Part shown: one piece after another, positions 1 through 8,942 of the stretch
How the letters are laid out: each line of letters begins with the position of its first letter
Position numbering within the stretch: the first letter of the stretch is position 1
Origin: Bacteroidota bacterium
GTDB lineage: Bacteria > Bacteroidota > Bacteroidia > Bacteroidales > FEN-979
DNA: 64,000 nucleotides
Direction of reading: 5' to 3'
Assembly: GCA_026391795.1 (NCBI GenBank)
Contig: JAPLDI010000004.1
Location: 26,068 to 90,067, forward strand
Made by a program: the position numbers and the translations under genes
Notes under the pieces: generated by a model
What the model saw: the letters and a program-made list of their open reading frames with translations, nothing else
What the model was told of the DNA's origin: nothing
Databases searched by the model: none

Positions 1-1
1 C

Positions 2-193
2 GCAGGCAAGAAAAGGGGAAGAAAGCCCCGTGTTCAGGTGGCTTCTAAACCTGAAGTGGTGAAGGCGGAAGTTAAAAAGGCTGTAAAGAAGAGGAAGGTC
101 CGTAAACCCAAAAAACAGGCAGTATCAAAACTGAAAGTACAGAAACCTGTGAAGGTTGAAAAGCCGGTATCCGAAGAAATAAAGCCCGTATAA
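2..193 (+). CDS. 3' end of an unidentified gene with a lysine-rich C-terminal tail (partial; start lies outside the window)
   Basis: Frame 2 is open from the window edge to TAA at 191-193. It translates to ...KKRGRKPRVQVASKPEVVKAEVKKAVKKRKVRKPKKQAVSKLKVQKPVKVEKPVSEEIKPV. It is absent from the ORF track because there is no start in the window. Confidence 0.45.
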   Translation, partial: AGKKRGRKPRVQVASKPEVVKAEVKKAVKKRKVRKPKKQAVSKLKVQKPVKVEKPVSEEIKPV

Positions 194-229
194 TCTCATA
201 AGGAGCCCAATAACCCTTAAGTGACAAAG

Positions 230-277
230 GCACGAAGGCCAAAGATATCCCGGGCGGATTCTTTGAATTCTTCGTGC
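230..277. terminator. Candidate bidirectional terminator hairpin between convergent genes
   Basis: GCACGAAG (230-237) pairs with CTTCGTGC (270-277), followed by TTTTATT on the + strand. It lies between a + gene ending at 193 and a - gene ending at 311. The loop is large (32 nt). Confidence 0.4.
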
Positions 278-310
278 TTTTATTATGATTATACTGTTTC
301 CCTGAAACTT

Positions 311-757
311 TTATTGTGCAGGAATCGGGCTGGAAGCATCGCAAATTTTCGGACAGAGACCAACGGTGTTTGAGGTGCCGCTTAAAACATTTGCCGTCAT
401 GTCCCCTCCGTTCGGATCCATTGCACACATTATCCAGACCCCTCCCCCGGATGCATTGGTTCCGAAATAGATCCTGAACCCGGTTGCCGTTGTGGCTGAA
501 GTAAGGAGGTTATTCATCCCGTTCAGCAAAGTCTTATCAATGACGAACCCTTTAATTTTTTCGGCAGGAACAGTGGTGGCATTGTAATAGTTCTGTGAAT
601 AAGTATGCGCGTCGGCAACCGAGATCTTGCCAACACCCGGAACAATACTTTGTGATTGGGTAAATGAGTATAGTGCCCAAACGCCAAGACCGACGGCAGC
701 GCCTGCTATAAATGGTAAGACCATTCGCAGAAATTTGTTTTTTTCCATAGTGATCAC
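311..757 (-). CDS. Hypothetical membrane-anchored protein
   Basis: 148-aa ORF with an N-terminal TM helix FLRMVLPFIAGAAVGLGVWALYSF. I recognise no family. Confidence 0.5.
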   Translation of the reverse strand: MITMEKNKFLRMVLPFIAGAAVGLGVWALYSFTQSQSIVPGVGKISVADAHTYSQNYYNATTVPAEKIKGFVIDKTLLNGMNNLLTSATTATGFRIYFGTNASGGGVWIMCAMDPNGGDMTANVLSGTSNTVGLCPKICDASSPIPAQ

Positions 758-855
758 ATTTAAGGGTTATTACTAACTCATATTTCGGGGATAAATATAT
801 GACATTTTACTACTTATGCAACGGTATCTTAAAAAATGCATATTTTCGCAAAGGA

Positions 856-863
856 TATCTTTG
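856..863 (+). promoter_or_regulatory. Candidate Bacteroidota -7 promoter box (TAnnTTTG)
   Basis: TATCTTTG lies 54 nt upstream of ATG 917, inside the ORF-track N-terminal extension that starts at 836. Confidence 0.5.
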
Positions 864-916
864 GAAGGTTTTACTCCTTTCTTAAAACAGCAGGATTGAG
901 GGTTCGTATTCTTTCA

Positions 917-3151
917 ATGGCAAATGTAAATAAGAGAACAGCATTCCTCCGGGTATCTCTTTATGGTTTGTTGTTGTTTTCTGCATCCCTTAATGCGGGA
1001 GATGGGTTCTGTGCCAGTCATCCCGCAACGAAAATCCCATCCCAAAAGAATCCTGACCCGTTGGGTCAGGAAGTTGCCGCCATTGACCGGCTTGCCCGTC
1101 TGGCCGATATTTACTGCAACTATTTTTATGATGTAAAAACTGCTGACAGTCTTGCGGAGGAGGCCATCCGGATTGCAGAAAAGAGTTCCCGGCAGGATCT
1201 TTACCTGAAAGCCTGTTTTAATTACCTTGAAATCATCGATCTCAGTTCTGCTTATTTTGATAAGGCCGAAATGTACGGGCTGAAGGCCTTGTCCAGGGTA
1301 AAAAATCTGGATGACCCTATCCTGCTATGGCGTATCAACAAAGACCTCGCTGAACTTTACTTATCAGTCGCCCCCGAAAAAAACAGCCCGGCGTTGAAAT
1401 TCAGCAACAAGACACTTGCAATTGCAGGTCGGATCGGGAAAAACACCTTACGGGTGAAAAGTTACCTGCTGTTTGCCCGGAGCCTGGAGGGAAAAAATCA
1501 AAAAACCAAAGCTCATGTTTATTTTCTGAATGCCCTGGAGCTGGCCGAGAAGATCAAGGATCCCCTGCTGATGATCGACTGTTATTCACAGCTGGCCGGA
1601 TTTTACAGCAGGAACAGGATGTTTGAACAATCGGTAAAATTCAATCTGAAAGAAGAAGAGCTTACAAAGAACGTTTTCAGAGGCGACAGTGTCAGGCAGA
1701 TGTGGGTTCTGTGGTATCTTACAAACAACGGGCGAGTTTCGGGAACATCCTTTGATGAGCAGCTTCTTCATCATCTTCTGACATTTTCAATGCAACATCA
1801 TGCAAAAAAATTAAAGCTATACACCCTTGCCCTTTTTCGTTCCTATTATATCGATTCTGACCGGATCGACAAGCTGTACGATCTTTATAAGAAACAGTAT
1901 CCGCAGGAACTTTCAGACCTGGAGTCGAACGATTCTGCCATTTATTATCGCCTGATGGCCTATTTCAAAGAACGCGAGAAAGATCCGGATTCTGCAATTT
2001 ACTTTTTAAAAAAAGCAGAACCCTTGATGCTGAAGAACCCCAGCAAATATATGCTATCGCAGTTTTATTACCGGTACGGGCAGTTTCTTAACCGTCAGAA
2101 TGAAAAGAAAGAGGCACTGGAGAAGTTTCATCTCGCTTATAAAATTGCAGGGGAAGTTCCTTTTTTTGATTTCATGTTAAATGCTTCCCGCCAGCTTGAG
2201 GCGCTTTATTTCAGTTTGGGCGACTACAGGAATGCATTTACCTATTCGGTAACCACACGCAGTTTGGGCGACAGCATCAACGACATGGTCAGGAAGGAAC
2301 AGATGATCCTGGATGGCATGAACAGGGAACAGCTGGTGCGCGAGCGGATCGTGGAAGGACAGAAGCGGGAGAGCGAACGGATGATAAAGCAAAAAAAGAC
2401 GGAACGGAACATGCTGGCCGGGTTTGTTGCTTTCCTCTTCCTGGTGTCATTTGTGATCTTCAGGAATTACCGCCAGCAGAAGAGACTGAACATCCGGCTT
2501 GACCAGGAAAAGAAACGGTCAGATAATCTCCTGCTGAATATCCTTCCCGGGGAAACTGCGGAAGAGCTTAAGCAGACCGGAACGGCAAAGGCAAAAAAAT
2601 TCGAATCGGTGACGGTGATGTTTACCGATTTTAAAAATTTCACACAGGCCAGTGAGCAGCTGAAGCCGGACGAACTGGTGGAAGAGATCCATTTTTATTT
2701 CACTGAATTCGACCGGATCGTAACCCGCTACGGGATTGAGAAAATAAAGACCATCGGCGACAGCTACATGTGTGTTGCCGGGCTGCCCGTGGTCAGTGCA
2801 ACCCATGCAAAGGATGTGGTCAGCGCTGCTTTTGATTTCCAGGAATTCATGGAGGACCAGAAAAAAGTAAGGGCAGCAGCCGGGAAGCACTGGTTTGAAT
2901 TGCGTATCGGTATCCATACCGGACCGGTCGTTGCAGGAATCGTCGGAACACGAAAGTTCGCCTACGATATCTGGGGAGATACCGTCAACACTGCCGCCCG
3001 GATGGAATCGTGCGGGGAGATCGGGAAGGTGAACATCAGCGGCGCAACTTACGATTGCATCAGGGATTATTTTAACTGCACTTACAGGGGGAAGGTACAG
3101 GCGAAACATAAGGGGCTGGTGGACATGTATTTTGCAGAAGGGCGTCTTTGA
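917..3151 (+). CDS. TPR-like repeat sensor fused to a class III adenylate/guanylate cyclase domain
   Basis: Cyclase motifs FTDFKNFT, IKTIGDSYMCVAGLP, RIGIHTGPVVAGIVG and YDIWGDTVNTAARMES. TM helix LAGFVAFLFLVSFVIF. Signal-like N-terminus MANVNKRTAFLRVSLYGLLLFSASLNA starting at 917. The ORF-track start at 836 is rejected because of the promoter box at 856. Confidence 0.85.
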   Translation: MANVNKRTAFLRVSLYGLLLFSASLNAGDGFCASHPATKIPSQKNPDPLGQEVAAIDRLARLADIYCNYFYDVKTADSLAEEAIRIAEKSSRQDLYLKACFNYLEIIDLSSAYFDKAEMYGLKALSRVKNLDDPILLWRINKDLAELYLSVAPEKNSPALKFSNKTLAIAGRIGKNTLRVKSYLLFARSLEGKNQKTKAHVYFLNALELAEKIKDPLLMIDCYSQLAGFYSRNRMFEQSVKFNLKEEELTKNVFRGDSVRQMWVLWYLTNNGRVSGTSFDEQLLHHLLTFSMQHHAKKLKLYTLALFRSYYIDSDRIDKLYDLYKKQYPQELSDLESNDSAIYYRLMAYFKEREKDPDSAIYFLKKAEPLMLKNPSKYMLSQFYYRYGQFLNRQNEKKEALEKFHLAYKIAGEVPFFDFMLNASRQLEALYFSLGDYRNAFTYSVTTRSLGDSINDMVRKEQMILDGMNREQLVRERIVEGQKRESERMIKQKKTERNMLAGFVAFLFLVSFVIFRNYRQQKRLNIRLDQEKKRSDNLLLNILPGETAEELKQTGTAKAKKFESVTVMFTDFKNFTQASEQLKPDELVEEIHFYFTEFDRIVTRYGIEKIKTIGDSYMCVAGLPVVSATHAKDVVSAAFDFQEFMEDQKKVRAAAGKHWFELRIGIHTGPVVAGIVGTRKFAYDIWGDTVNTAARMESCGEIGKVNISGATYDCIRDYFNCTYRGKVQAKHKGLVDMYFAEGRL

Positions 3152-3157
3152 AATTTG

Positions 3158-3165
3158 TATCTTTG
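3158..3165 (+). promoter_or_regulatory. Candidate -7 promoter box (TAnnTTTG) for the efflux operon
   Basis: TATCTTTG, with a TTTG at 3131-3134 about 23 nt upstream. It lies 110 nt before ATG 3275. Confidence 0.5.
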
Positions 3166-3274
3166 CAGCTGTTTTAGAGTCCGTTTTCTTAAATGAATAT
3201 TACGAAAATACTAACCCGAACAGCCTGACGTTTGAATTTCTCCCTCAGATCTTGCTCAAGAACCGATAAATGAT

Positions 3275-4321
3275 ATGAGAACACCACTGATCTCAGTTTT
3301 ATTTGCACTTATTATTGTCACCGGAATTACTTCCTGCGGTACCGCAAATAAAAAAGAGAAGGATAAGCGCCCTTCTGTTATCCTGAGCGTTGAAGGATAT
3401 GTTGTAAAGCCCAGTGACCTGGAGGTTACGATTGATGTGTCGGGAACCCTGCTCCCTTTTGAGGAAACCGTGCTGATGCCCGAAGCCATCGGCAGGGCCG
3501 TCATGGTCAACCTGCCGGAAGGCAAGCTGGTCAAAAAAGGCACCATCCTGGTAAAATTGTTCGACGGGGAATTACAGGCTCAGCTGAAAAAATCGGAAAA
3601 CCAGTTAAAGCTGGCTGAGCAAACGGAACAACGGCAGGGTGAATTGCTGAAAGTAAGCGGGATCAGCCAGTTTGATTATGACCAGACGGTTTTCCAGGTA
3701 AATTCCATTAAGGATGATATTGAACTGCTGAATGTTCAGATCGGGAAAACAGAGCTAAAGGCTCCGTTTGACGGGGTAGTCGGGTTGAAAAACATCAGCG
3801 TTGGCGCCCAGGTCAATACCTCTACGGCATTGGCCACGCTCCGCATGGTAGACCGGCTCAAGCTTGATTTCAGCGTTCCGGAAAAGTACAGCAGGGAGAT
3901 CGTTCCGGGAAAGGAGCTGACCTTCACCGTTGAAGGAGACAGCCTCAATTATTCCGCCGTGGTTATGGCCAGTGAAGGCGGAATTGAAGCCGACACCCGC
4001 ACGCTGAAAGTCCGGGCTGTTGTGGATCATGTTTCTCCCGGCCTCCGGCCCGGTGCATTCGCACGTGTTGAACTGCAGCTGGGGAAGCATGCTGATGCGC
4101 TCCTGGTTCCTACGCAATGCATCATCCCGCAGGCGCGGAATAAAAAGCTGATCGTTGCAAGAAACGGAAAAGCTGAATTTGTCACCGTCAGCACCGGTAT
4201 CCGTAAAGCTGCTTTCATCGAAGTTCTGAGCGGTATCCGTCCGGGCGATACCGTTGTGACCACAGGCATCGTCTTCCTGAAGCCCGATGCCAATGTGAAA
4301 TTTTCCAAAGTGATAAAATAA
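3275..4321 (+). CDS. Efflux RND transporter periplasmic adaptor subunit (MFP/HlyD family)
   Basis: Lipoprotein-type signal ...IVTGITSCG and a coiled-coil/barrel-sandwich-like sequence. It is the first gene of an adaptor-RND-TolC operon with 4-7 nt spacers. Confidence 0.85.
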   Translation: MRTPLISVLFALIIVTGITSCGTANKKEKDKRPSVILSVEGYVVKPSDLEVTIDVSGTLLPFEETVLMPEAIGRAVMVNLPEGKLVKKGTILVKLFDGELQAQLKKSENQLKLAEQTEQRQGELLKVSGISQFDYDQTVFQVNSIKDDIELLNVQIGKTELKAPFDGVVGLKNISVGAQVNTSTALATLRMVDRLKLDFSVPEKYSREIVPGKELTFTVEGDSLNYSAVVMASEGGIEADTRTLKVRAVVDHVSPGLRPGAFARVELQLGKHADALLVPTQCIIPQARNKKLIVARNGKAEFVTVSTGIRKAAFIEVLSGIRPGDTVVTTGIVFLKPDANVKFSKVIK

Positions 4322-4327
4322 GCCGGT

Positions 4328-7300
4328 ATGTCCATTTCCGATTTTGCGATCAAACGCCCTGTTGCCTCCATCGTGATGAGCCTTGTCATTGTGCTTTTCG
4401 GGGTTGTGGGATATACTTTTCTGGGCGTCCGGCTCTATCCTGCCATCGACCCGCCGGTGATCAACGTACAGACAAACTATACCGGGGCCAGTGCTGAAGT
4501 CATTGAATCACAGATCACCGAACCGCTGGAAAAAGTCATCAACGGGATCGAGGGGATCAAATCCATTTCCTCTTCATCCTCAACAGGAAGCAGTAACCTC
4601 ACCGTGGAATTCAATGTGGGTGCCGATCTCGAAAAGGCAGCCAACGACGTCCGTGACAAAACCTCACAGGCAGCCCGTAACCTTCCACAGGATATTGACG
4701 CCCCGCCGGTGGTTACAAAAGCCGATGCTAACAGTGACCCGATCATCACGGTTTCCGTTCAGAGCACGATCATGAATGCCATGGAGCTGAGTGATTATGC
4801 CGAAAATGTGCTGCAGGAAAAGCTCCAGACGATACCCGGTGTAAGTTCCGTAGGTCTCTATGGTCAGAAAAGACCGGCCATGCGACTCTGGCTTGACCCC
4901 GACAAGATGGCGGCTTACGGAATCACGGCAGAAGATGTAAGCAGGGCCCTCGATAAGGAAAACGTGGAGCTTCCCGCAGGAAAAGTCAGGGGTTACAGCA
5001 CCGAACTTATTGTCAAAACCTTCGGAAGGCTTACCACTGAAAATGATTTTAATAACATCATCCTCCGGCAGACAAAAGACCAGATCATCCGCTTCAGCGA
5101 TATCGGGGAAGCCCTGCTCGGTCCTGAAGTCGAAGAAACCGGTGTAAAACTTAACGGCGCCGACGGCATCTCCCTTGCCCTGATCCCCCTGCCCGGGGCC
5201 AACGATATTGAGGTTGCCAATGAATTCTACAAGCGGTACAGTGAGATCCAGAAAGACCTTCCCAATGGAATAAAGCTGGCCATCGGGTATGATAAAACAA
5301 AATTTGTACGGCAGTCGGTGACCGATGTGGCGGAAACCCTGGCCATTGCCATTTCGCTGGTTGTACTGATCGTCTTTCTTTTTTTCCGTAACTGGGTGAT
5401 CGCACTCCGCCCGCTGATCGATATCCCGGTCTCGCTGATCGGTTCCTTTTTCATCATGTACATCTTCGGATTTTCCGTGAATGTGCTGACCATGCTGGCC
5501 ATCGTGCTGGCTACAGGCCTGGTGGTAGACGACGGAATTGTGGTGACCGAAAACATCTTCAAGAAGATCGAAAAGGGGATGGATAAATGGTCGGCAGCAC
5601 TTGCCGGTACGCGTGAAATCCTCTTTGCCGTTATTTCCACCTCCCTCACGCTTGCCATTGTTTTCATCCCTGTGATCTTTTTGTCGGGATTTACCGGCCG
5701 GTTGTTCCGCGAATTCGGGATCGTGGTGGCCGGGGCCGTGCTCATTTCGGCTTTTGTTTCACTCACGCTGACACCGGTGCTGAATGTAAAACTGGGCGGC
5801 AACATATCAAGACATTCCCGTTTTTACCGTGGCACGGAACCCTTCTTTGTGAACCTGGACAATGGCTATCGTAAGCTGCTCGGGCGTTTTATGGCCCGTA
5901 AATGGATCTCTTTTGTGATCCTGGGAGCCTGTCTCTTGTTAATCTTTTTCATCGGGAGAAGTTTAAAATCAGAACTGGCACCTCTGGAAGATCACAGCAT
6001 CATCCGGACCAGCCTCACGGCACCCGAAGGAACCGATTTTGATTATACTGAAAACCTGGTAAACCGTGTGGCGCAAATGGTCATGGACAGTGTGAACGAG
6101 GCCCGACTGGTCTTTGGAAGAACCTCACCGGGGTTTGGTGCTACCAGTACCAATTCGGGAGCCGTCCAGGTCTTTCTCACCGAACCCAACGAACGCAAGG
6201 CTACCCAGCAGCAGGTCTATGACAGGCTCGTTAAGTTGTATAAGAATTTCCCCGAAGCGAGGATCATCCCGAACCAGGAACAGACCATCACCACTTCGCT
6301 GGCCGGAGGTTCGCAGCTGCCGGTACAGTTCGTGATCCAGACACTGGATTTTGAAAAGATGCAGCGGTTCCTTCCTAAGTTTCTTGACGCAGCCAGGAAA
6401 GACAGCGTGTTCGGTAATGTGGATGTGAACCTGAAATTCAATAAGCCCGAACTGAACATCACGGTCGACCGGATGAAGGCGACCAACCTTGGCGTGAACG
6501 TACGGGATATTTCCAATACCCTGCAGTTTGCTTTCAGTGGACGCCGTTACGGCTATTTCCTGCGCAACGAAAAACAATATTTTGTGATCGGCCAGGTAAA
6601 CCGGGTCTCCCGGAGCGAACCTTCCGACATCACATCGCTCTATGTCAGGAGCAATTCCGGGAAACTGATCCAGCTGGATAACCTTGTTAAAATGGAGGAG
6701 AACAGTAATCCTCCGACCCTGTATCACTTCAACCGGTACAAATCAGCCACCGTTTCTGCCTCGCTCGCTCCGGGACGCACCCTGGGAGAAGGGATTGCCG
6801 AGATGCAGAAAATTTCCAAAAAGGTTCTTGATGAAACCTTTCATACCGACTTACTGGGACCTTCGCGGGATTTTGCCGAAAGCAGTTCGAACACTTCTTT
6901 TGCATTGATTCTGGCGCTGCTGCTGATTTACCTGATCCTGGCAGCACAGTTCGAAAGTTTCCGCGACCCGTTTATTATCATGCTAACGGTTCCGATGGCC
7001 ATTGCCGGCGCCCTGATCTCCCTGTGGGTATTCGGGCAAACCCTGAACATCTTTTCGGAGATCGGGATGATCATGCTGATCGGGATTGTTACGAAGAACG
7101 GGATCCTCATCGTGGAATTCTCAAACCAGAAGAGAAAGGCAGGACTGGGTAAGGCGGAAGCAGCCTTTGAGGCAGCTGCGGCAAGGCTGAGGCCGATCCT
7201 GATGACCTCGCTGGCAACGATTTTCGGTGCCATGCCCATTGCACTGGCACTTGGCGCAGGGGCACATAGCCGTATGTCGATGGGGATCGTTGTTGTGGGA

Positions 7301-7408
7301 GGCTTGTTCTTCGCCCTGATTCTTACCTTGTTCGTGATCCCGGCAATGTATGTCCTGATGGCAACCAGGGTGGTAAAAACAGAAAAAATTGAGGATCTGA
7401 TAAACTGA
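4328..7408 (+). CDS. RND efflux permease (AcrB/HAE family)
   Basis: 1026 aa. The N-terminus MSISDFAIKRPVASIVMSLVIVLFG is typical of the family. It has a 12-TM layout with two large periplasmic loops and sits between the adaptor and TolC genes. Confidence 0.9.
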   Translation: MSISDFAIKRPVASIVMSLVIVLFGVVGYTFLGVRLYPAIDPPVINVQTNYTGASAEVIESQITEPLEKVINGIEGIKSISSSSSTGSSNLTVEFNVGADLEKAANDVRDKTSQAARNLPQDIDAPPVVTKADANSDPIITVSVQSTIMNAMELSDYAENVLQEKLQTIPGVSSVGLYGQKRPAMRLWLDPDKMAAYGITAEDVSRALDKENVELPAGKVRGYSTELIVKTFGRLTTENDFNNIILRQTKDQIIRFSDIGEALLGPEVEETGVKLNGADGISLALIPLPGANDIEVANEFYKRYSEIQKDLPNGIKLAIGYDKTKFVRQSVTDVAETLAIAISLVVLIVFLFFRNWVIALRPLIDIPVSLIGSFFIMYIFGFSVNVLTMLAIVLATGLVVDDGIVVTENIFKKIEKGMDKWSAALAGTREILFAVISTSLTLAIVFIPVIFLSGFTGRLFREFGIVVAGAVLISAFVSLTLTPVLNVKLGGNISRHSRFYRGTEPFFVNLDNGYRKLLGRFMARKWISFVILGACLLLIFFIGRSLKSELAPLEDHSIIRTSLTAPEGTDFDYTENLVNRVAQMVMDSVNEARLVFGRTSPGFGATSTNSGAVQVFLTEPNERKATQQQVYDRLVKLYKNFPEARIIPNQEQTITTSLAGGSQLPVQFVIQTLDFEKMQRFLPKFLDAARKDSVFGNVDVNLKFNKPELNITVDRMKATNLGVNVRDISNTLQFAFSGRRYGYFLRNEKQYFVIGQVNRVSRSEPSDITSLYVRSNSGKLIQLDNLVKMEENSNPPTLYHFNRYKSATVSASLAPGRTLGEGIAEMQKISKKVLDETFHTDLLGPSRDFAESSSNTSFALILALLLIYLILAAQFESFRDPFIIMLTVPMAIAGALISLWVFGQTLNIFSEIGMIMLIGIVTKNGILIVEFSNQKRKAGLGKAEAAFEAAAARLRPILMTSLATIFGAMPIALALGAGAHSRMSMGIVVVGGLFFALILTLFVIPAMYVLMATRVVKTEKIEDLIN

Positions 7409-7414
7409 TTTCTG

Positions 7415-8713
7415 ATGAAGCGAATATTCCTGGTATTCATGATCCTGATGGTCGCCCGCCCGGCATTGCCTGCACAAACCCTTCTTACGCCCGATTCCGC
7501 TGCCGCCATCGCCCTGAAGAACAGCTACGACATCCGGATTGCCCGTACCACTGCCGACATCAGCAAGCGGAACAACACCGCCGGCAATGCCGGGATGTTG
7601 CCCGATGCGGGGATCACCGGAACCGACAATTACAGCATGGGAAACCTGTACCAGAAATACGCTGACGGCACTTCTTCAACTTCACCCAATGCCGAATCGA
7701 ACACCCTGTCGGCCGGGATCGCATTGAACTGGACCCTGTTTGACGGCGGAAAGATGTTTGTCACGAAAAAGAAGCTGAATGAGATTGAGGCACTGGGAGA
7801 GATCCAGTTTCACGAACAGGTAATGCAGACGCTCTTTCTGGTGTATTCCATGTACTTCAACGTGGTAAAGCAGTATGAACAGCTGAATTCGATCAGGGAG
7901 GTGATCCGTTTTAACCAGGAACGGGTGAACATCCTGCAGGCCAGTTTCAATGCAGGCCTGGCGCCAAAGACCGACCTTCTCCAGGCAAAGATCGACCTGA
8001 ATGTATATACCGAAAATGCCATTTCCCAGGAAGCGGTGATCCTGATTGCCCGCCGGCAGCTCAACCTGTTGCTGTCGAGAGATGCGGAAGTGCCTTTTGA
8101 GGTAGTGGATACCATTGCTGTGGATTATCGTCCCGACAAAAAAGAACTTGCCCGGAAACTTTTCTCTGTAAACCCATCCGTTCTTTCCTCGCAGAAGCAG
8201 GTGGAGGTTTCCCGTCTGGGGGTTAAAGAATACAAGGCGTTGTATCTGCCCAGGGTGGATTTCTCGGCAGGCTATGATTTTCTTCACAGCACAAACGGGG
8301 CCAGCAATGTCCGCATGATTGATTCCCACGGACCGAGCGTGGGTGGCACCCTGTCGATCCCACTCTACCAGGGAGGGAATGTACGACGGCAGGTCGCGAT
8401 TGCCAAACTGCAGCTCGAATCGGCAAAGACCAATTTTGAAAGTACAAAACTGCAGGTCAACACCCAGCTGCAGTTGGCCCTGACTGAATTTGACAACCAG
8501 CTCCAGCTGCTGCAGATTGAACGTGATAACTTCGCCCTTGCAAAAGAGAACATGACCATTTCGATCAGGCGGTTACAGCTTGGGCAGACGACAGCGCTGG
8601 AAGTGCGCCAGGCCCAGGAGAGTTACCAGCAGTCGCTCACGCGGCTGACCGATTTCGCCTATGCGGCAAAAGTGGCCGAGATCAGGCTGAAACAACTCCT
8701 CGGAGCCCTTTAA
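7415..8713 (+). CDS. TolC-family outer membrane efflux protein
   Basis: 432 aa with a signal peptide and a duplicated coiled-coil/beta-barrel pattern (LNWTLFDGG..., IPLYQGG...). Third gene of the efflux operon. Confidence 0.85.
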   Translation: MKRIFLVFMILMVARPALPAQTLLTPDSAAAIALKNSYDIRIARTTADISKRNNTAGNAGMLPDAGITGTDNYSMGNLYQKYADGTSSTSPNAESNTLSAGIALNWTLFDGGKMFVTKKKLNEIEALGEIQFHEQVMQTLFLVYSMYFNVVKQYEQLNSIREVIRFNQERVNILQASFNAGLAPKTDLLQAKIDLNVYTENAISQEAVILIARRQLNLLLSRDAEVPFEVVDTIAVDYRPDKKELARKLFSVNPSVLSSQKQVEVSRLGVKEYKALYLPRVDFSAGYDFLHSTNGASNVRMIDSHGPSVGGTLSIPLYQGGNVRRQVAIAKLQLESAKTNFESTKLQVNTQLQLALTEFDNQLQLLQIERDNFALAKENMTISIRRLQLGQTTALEVRQAQESYQQSLTRLTDFAYAAKVAEIRLKQLLGAL

Positions 8714-8766
8714 CCCCGGGTTAAAGCACGGAGTAATTCAAGTCATGACTTACCCGGAACTGAGCC

Positions 8767-8798
8767 AATTCGTAACTCATAATTCGTAATTCATAATT
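8767..8798. repeat. CGTAATT-family short tandem repeat (F6)
   Basis: AATTCGTAACTCATAATTCGTAATTCATAATT. The same family occurs at 21369-21399. Confidence 0.85.
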
Positions 8799-8804
8799 AA
8801 TCAG

Positions 8805-8812
8805 TATCTTTG
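8805..8812 (+). promoter_or_regulatory. Candidate -7 promoter box (TAnnTTTG) for the DEAD-box helicase
   Basis: TATCTTTG lies 131 nt upstream of ATG 8943, implying a long 5' leader that contains the hairpin CCCGGCAA-GAGTG-TTGCCGGG (8882-8902). Confidence 0.45.
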
Positions 8813-8942
8813 CCGCATTATTAACCTGTGTTTCCGGTTAGCCGTTTTTTTGTATTTTCCATATCCACACCCCATAGGGTTCCCGGCAAGAGTGTTGCCG
8901 GGGTAAACCGGAAAGCCCGAAATCACACAATTTATATTTAGT

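Noticed and set aside
836-916. N-terminal extensions given by the ORF track: 836 for the cyclase, 24749 for the adhesin, 29992 for the Ntn hydrolase, 35751 for the T9SS propeller, 55657 for the DUF748-like protein, 58067 for U32, 45817 for DUF3108 and 12141 for EF-G.
   Set aside because: In each case a downstream ATG starts a proper signal peptide or conserved N-terminus. In most cases a TAnnTTTG box or a repeat module also lies inside the extension.
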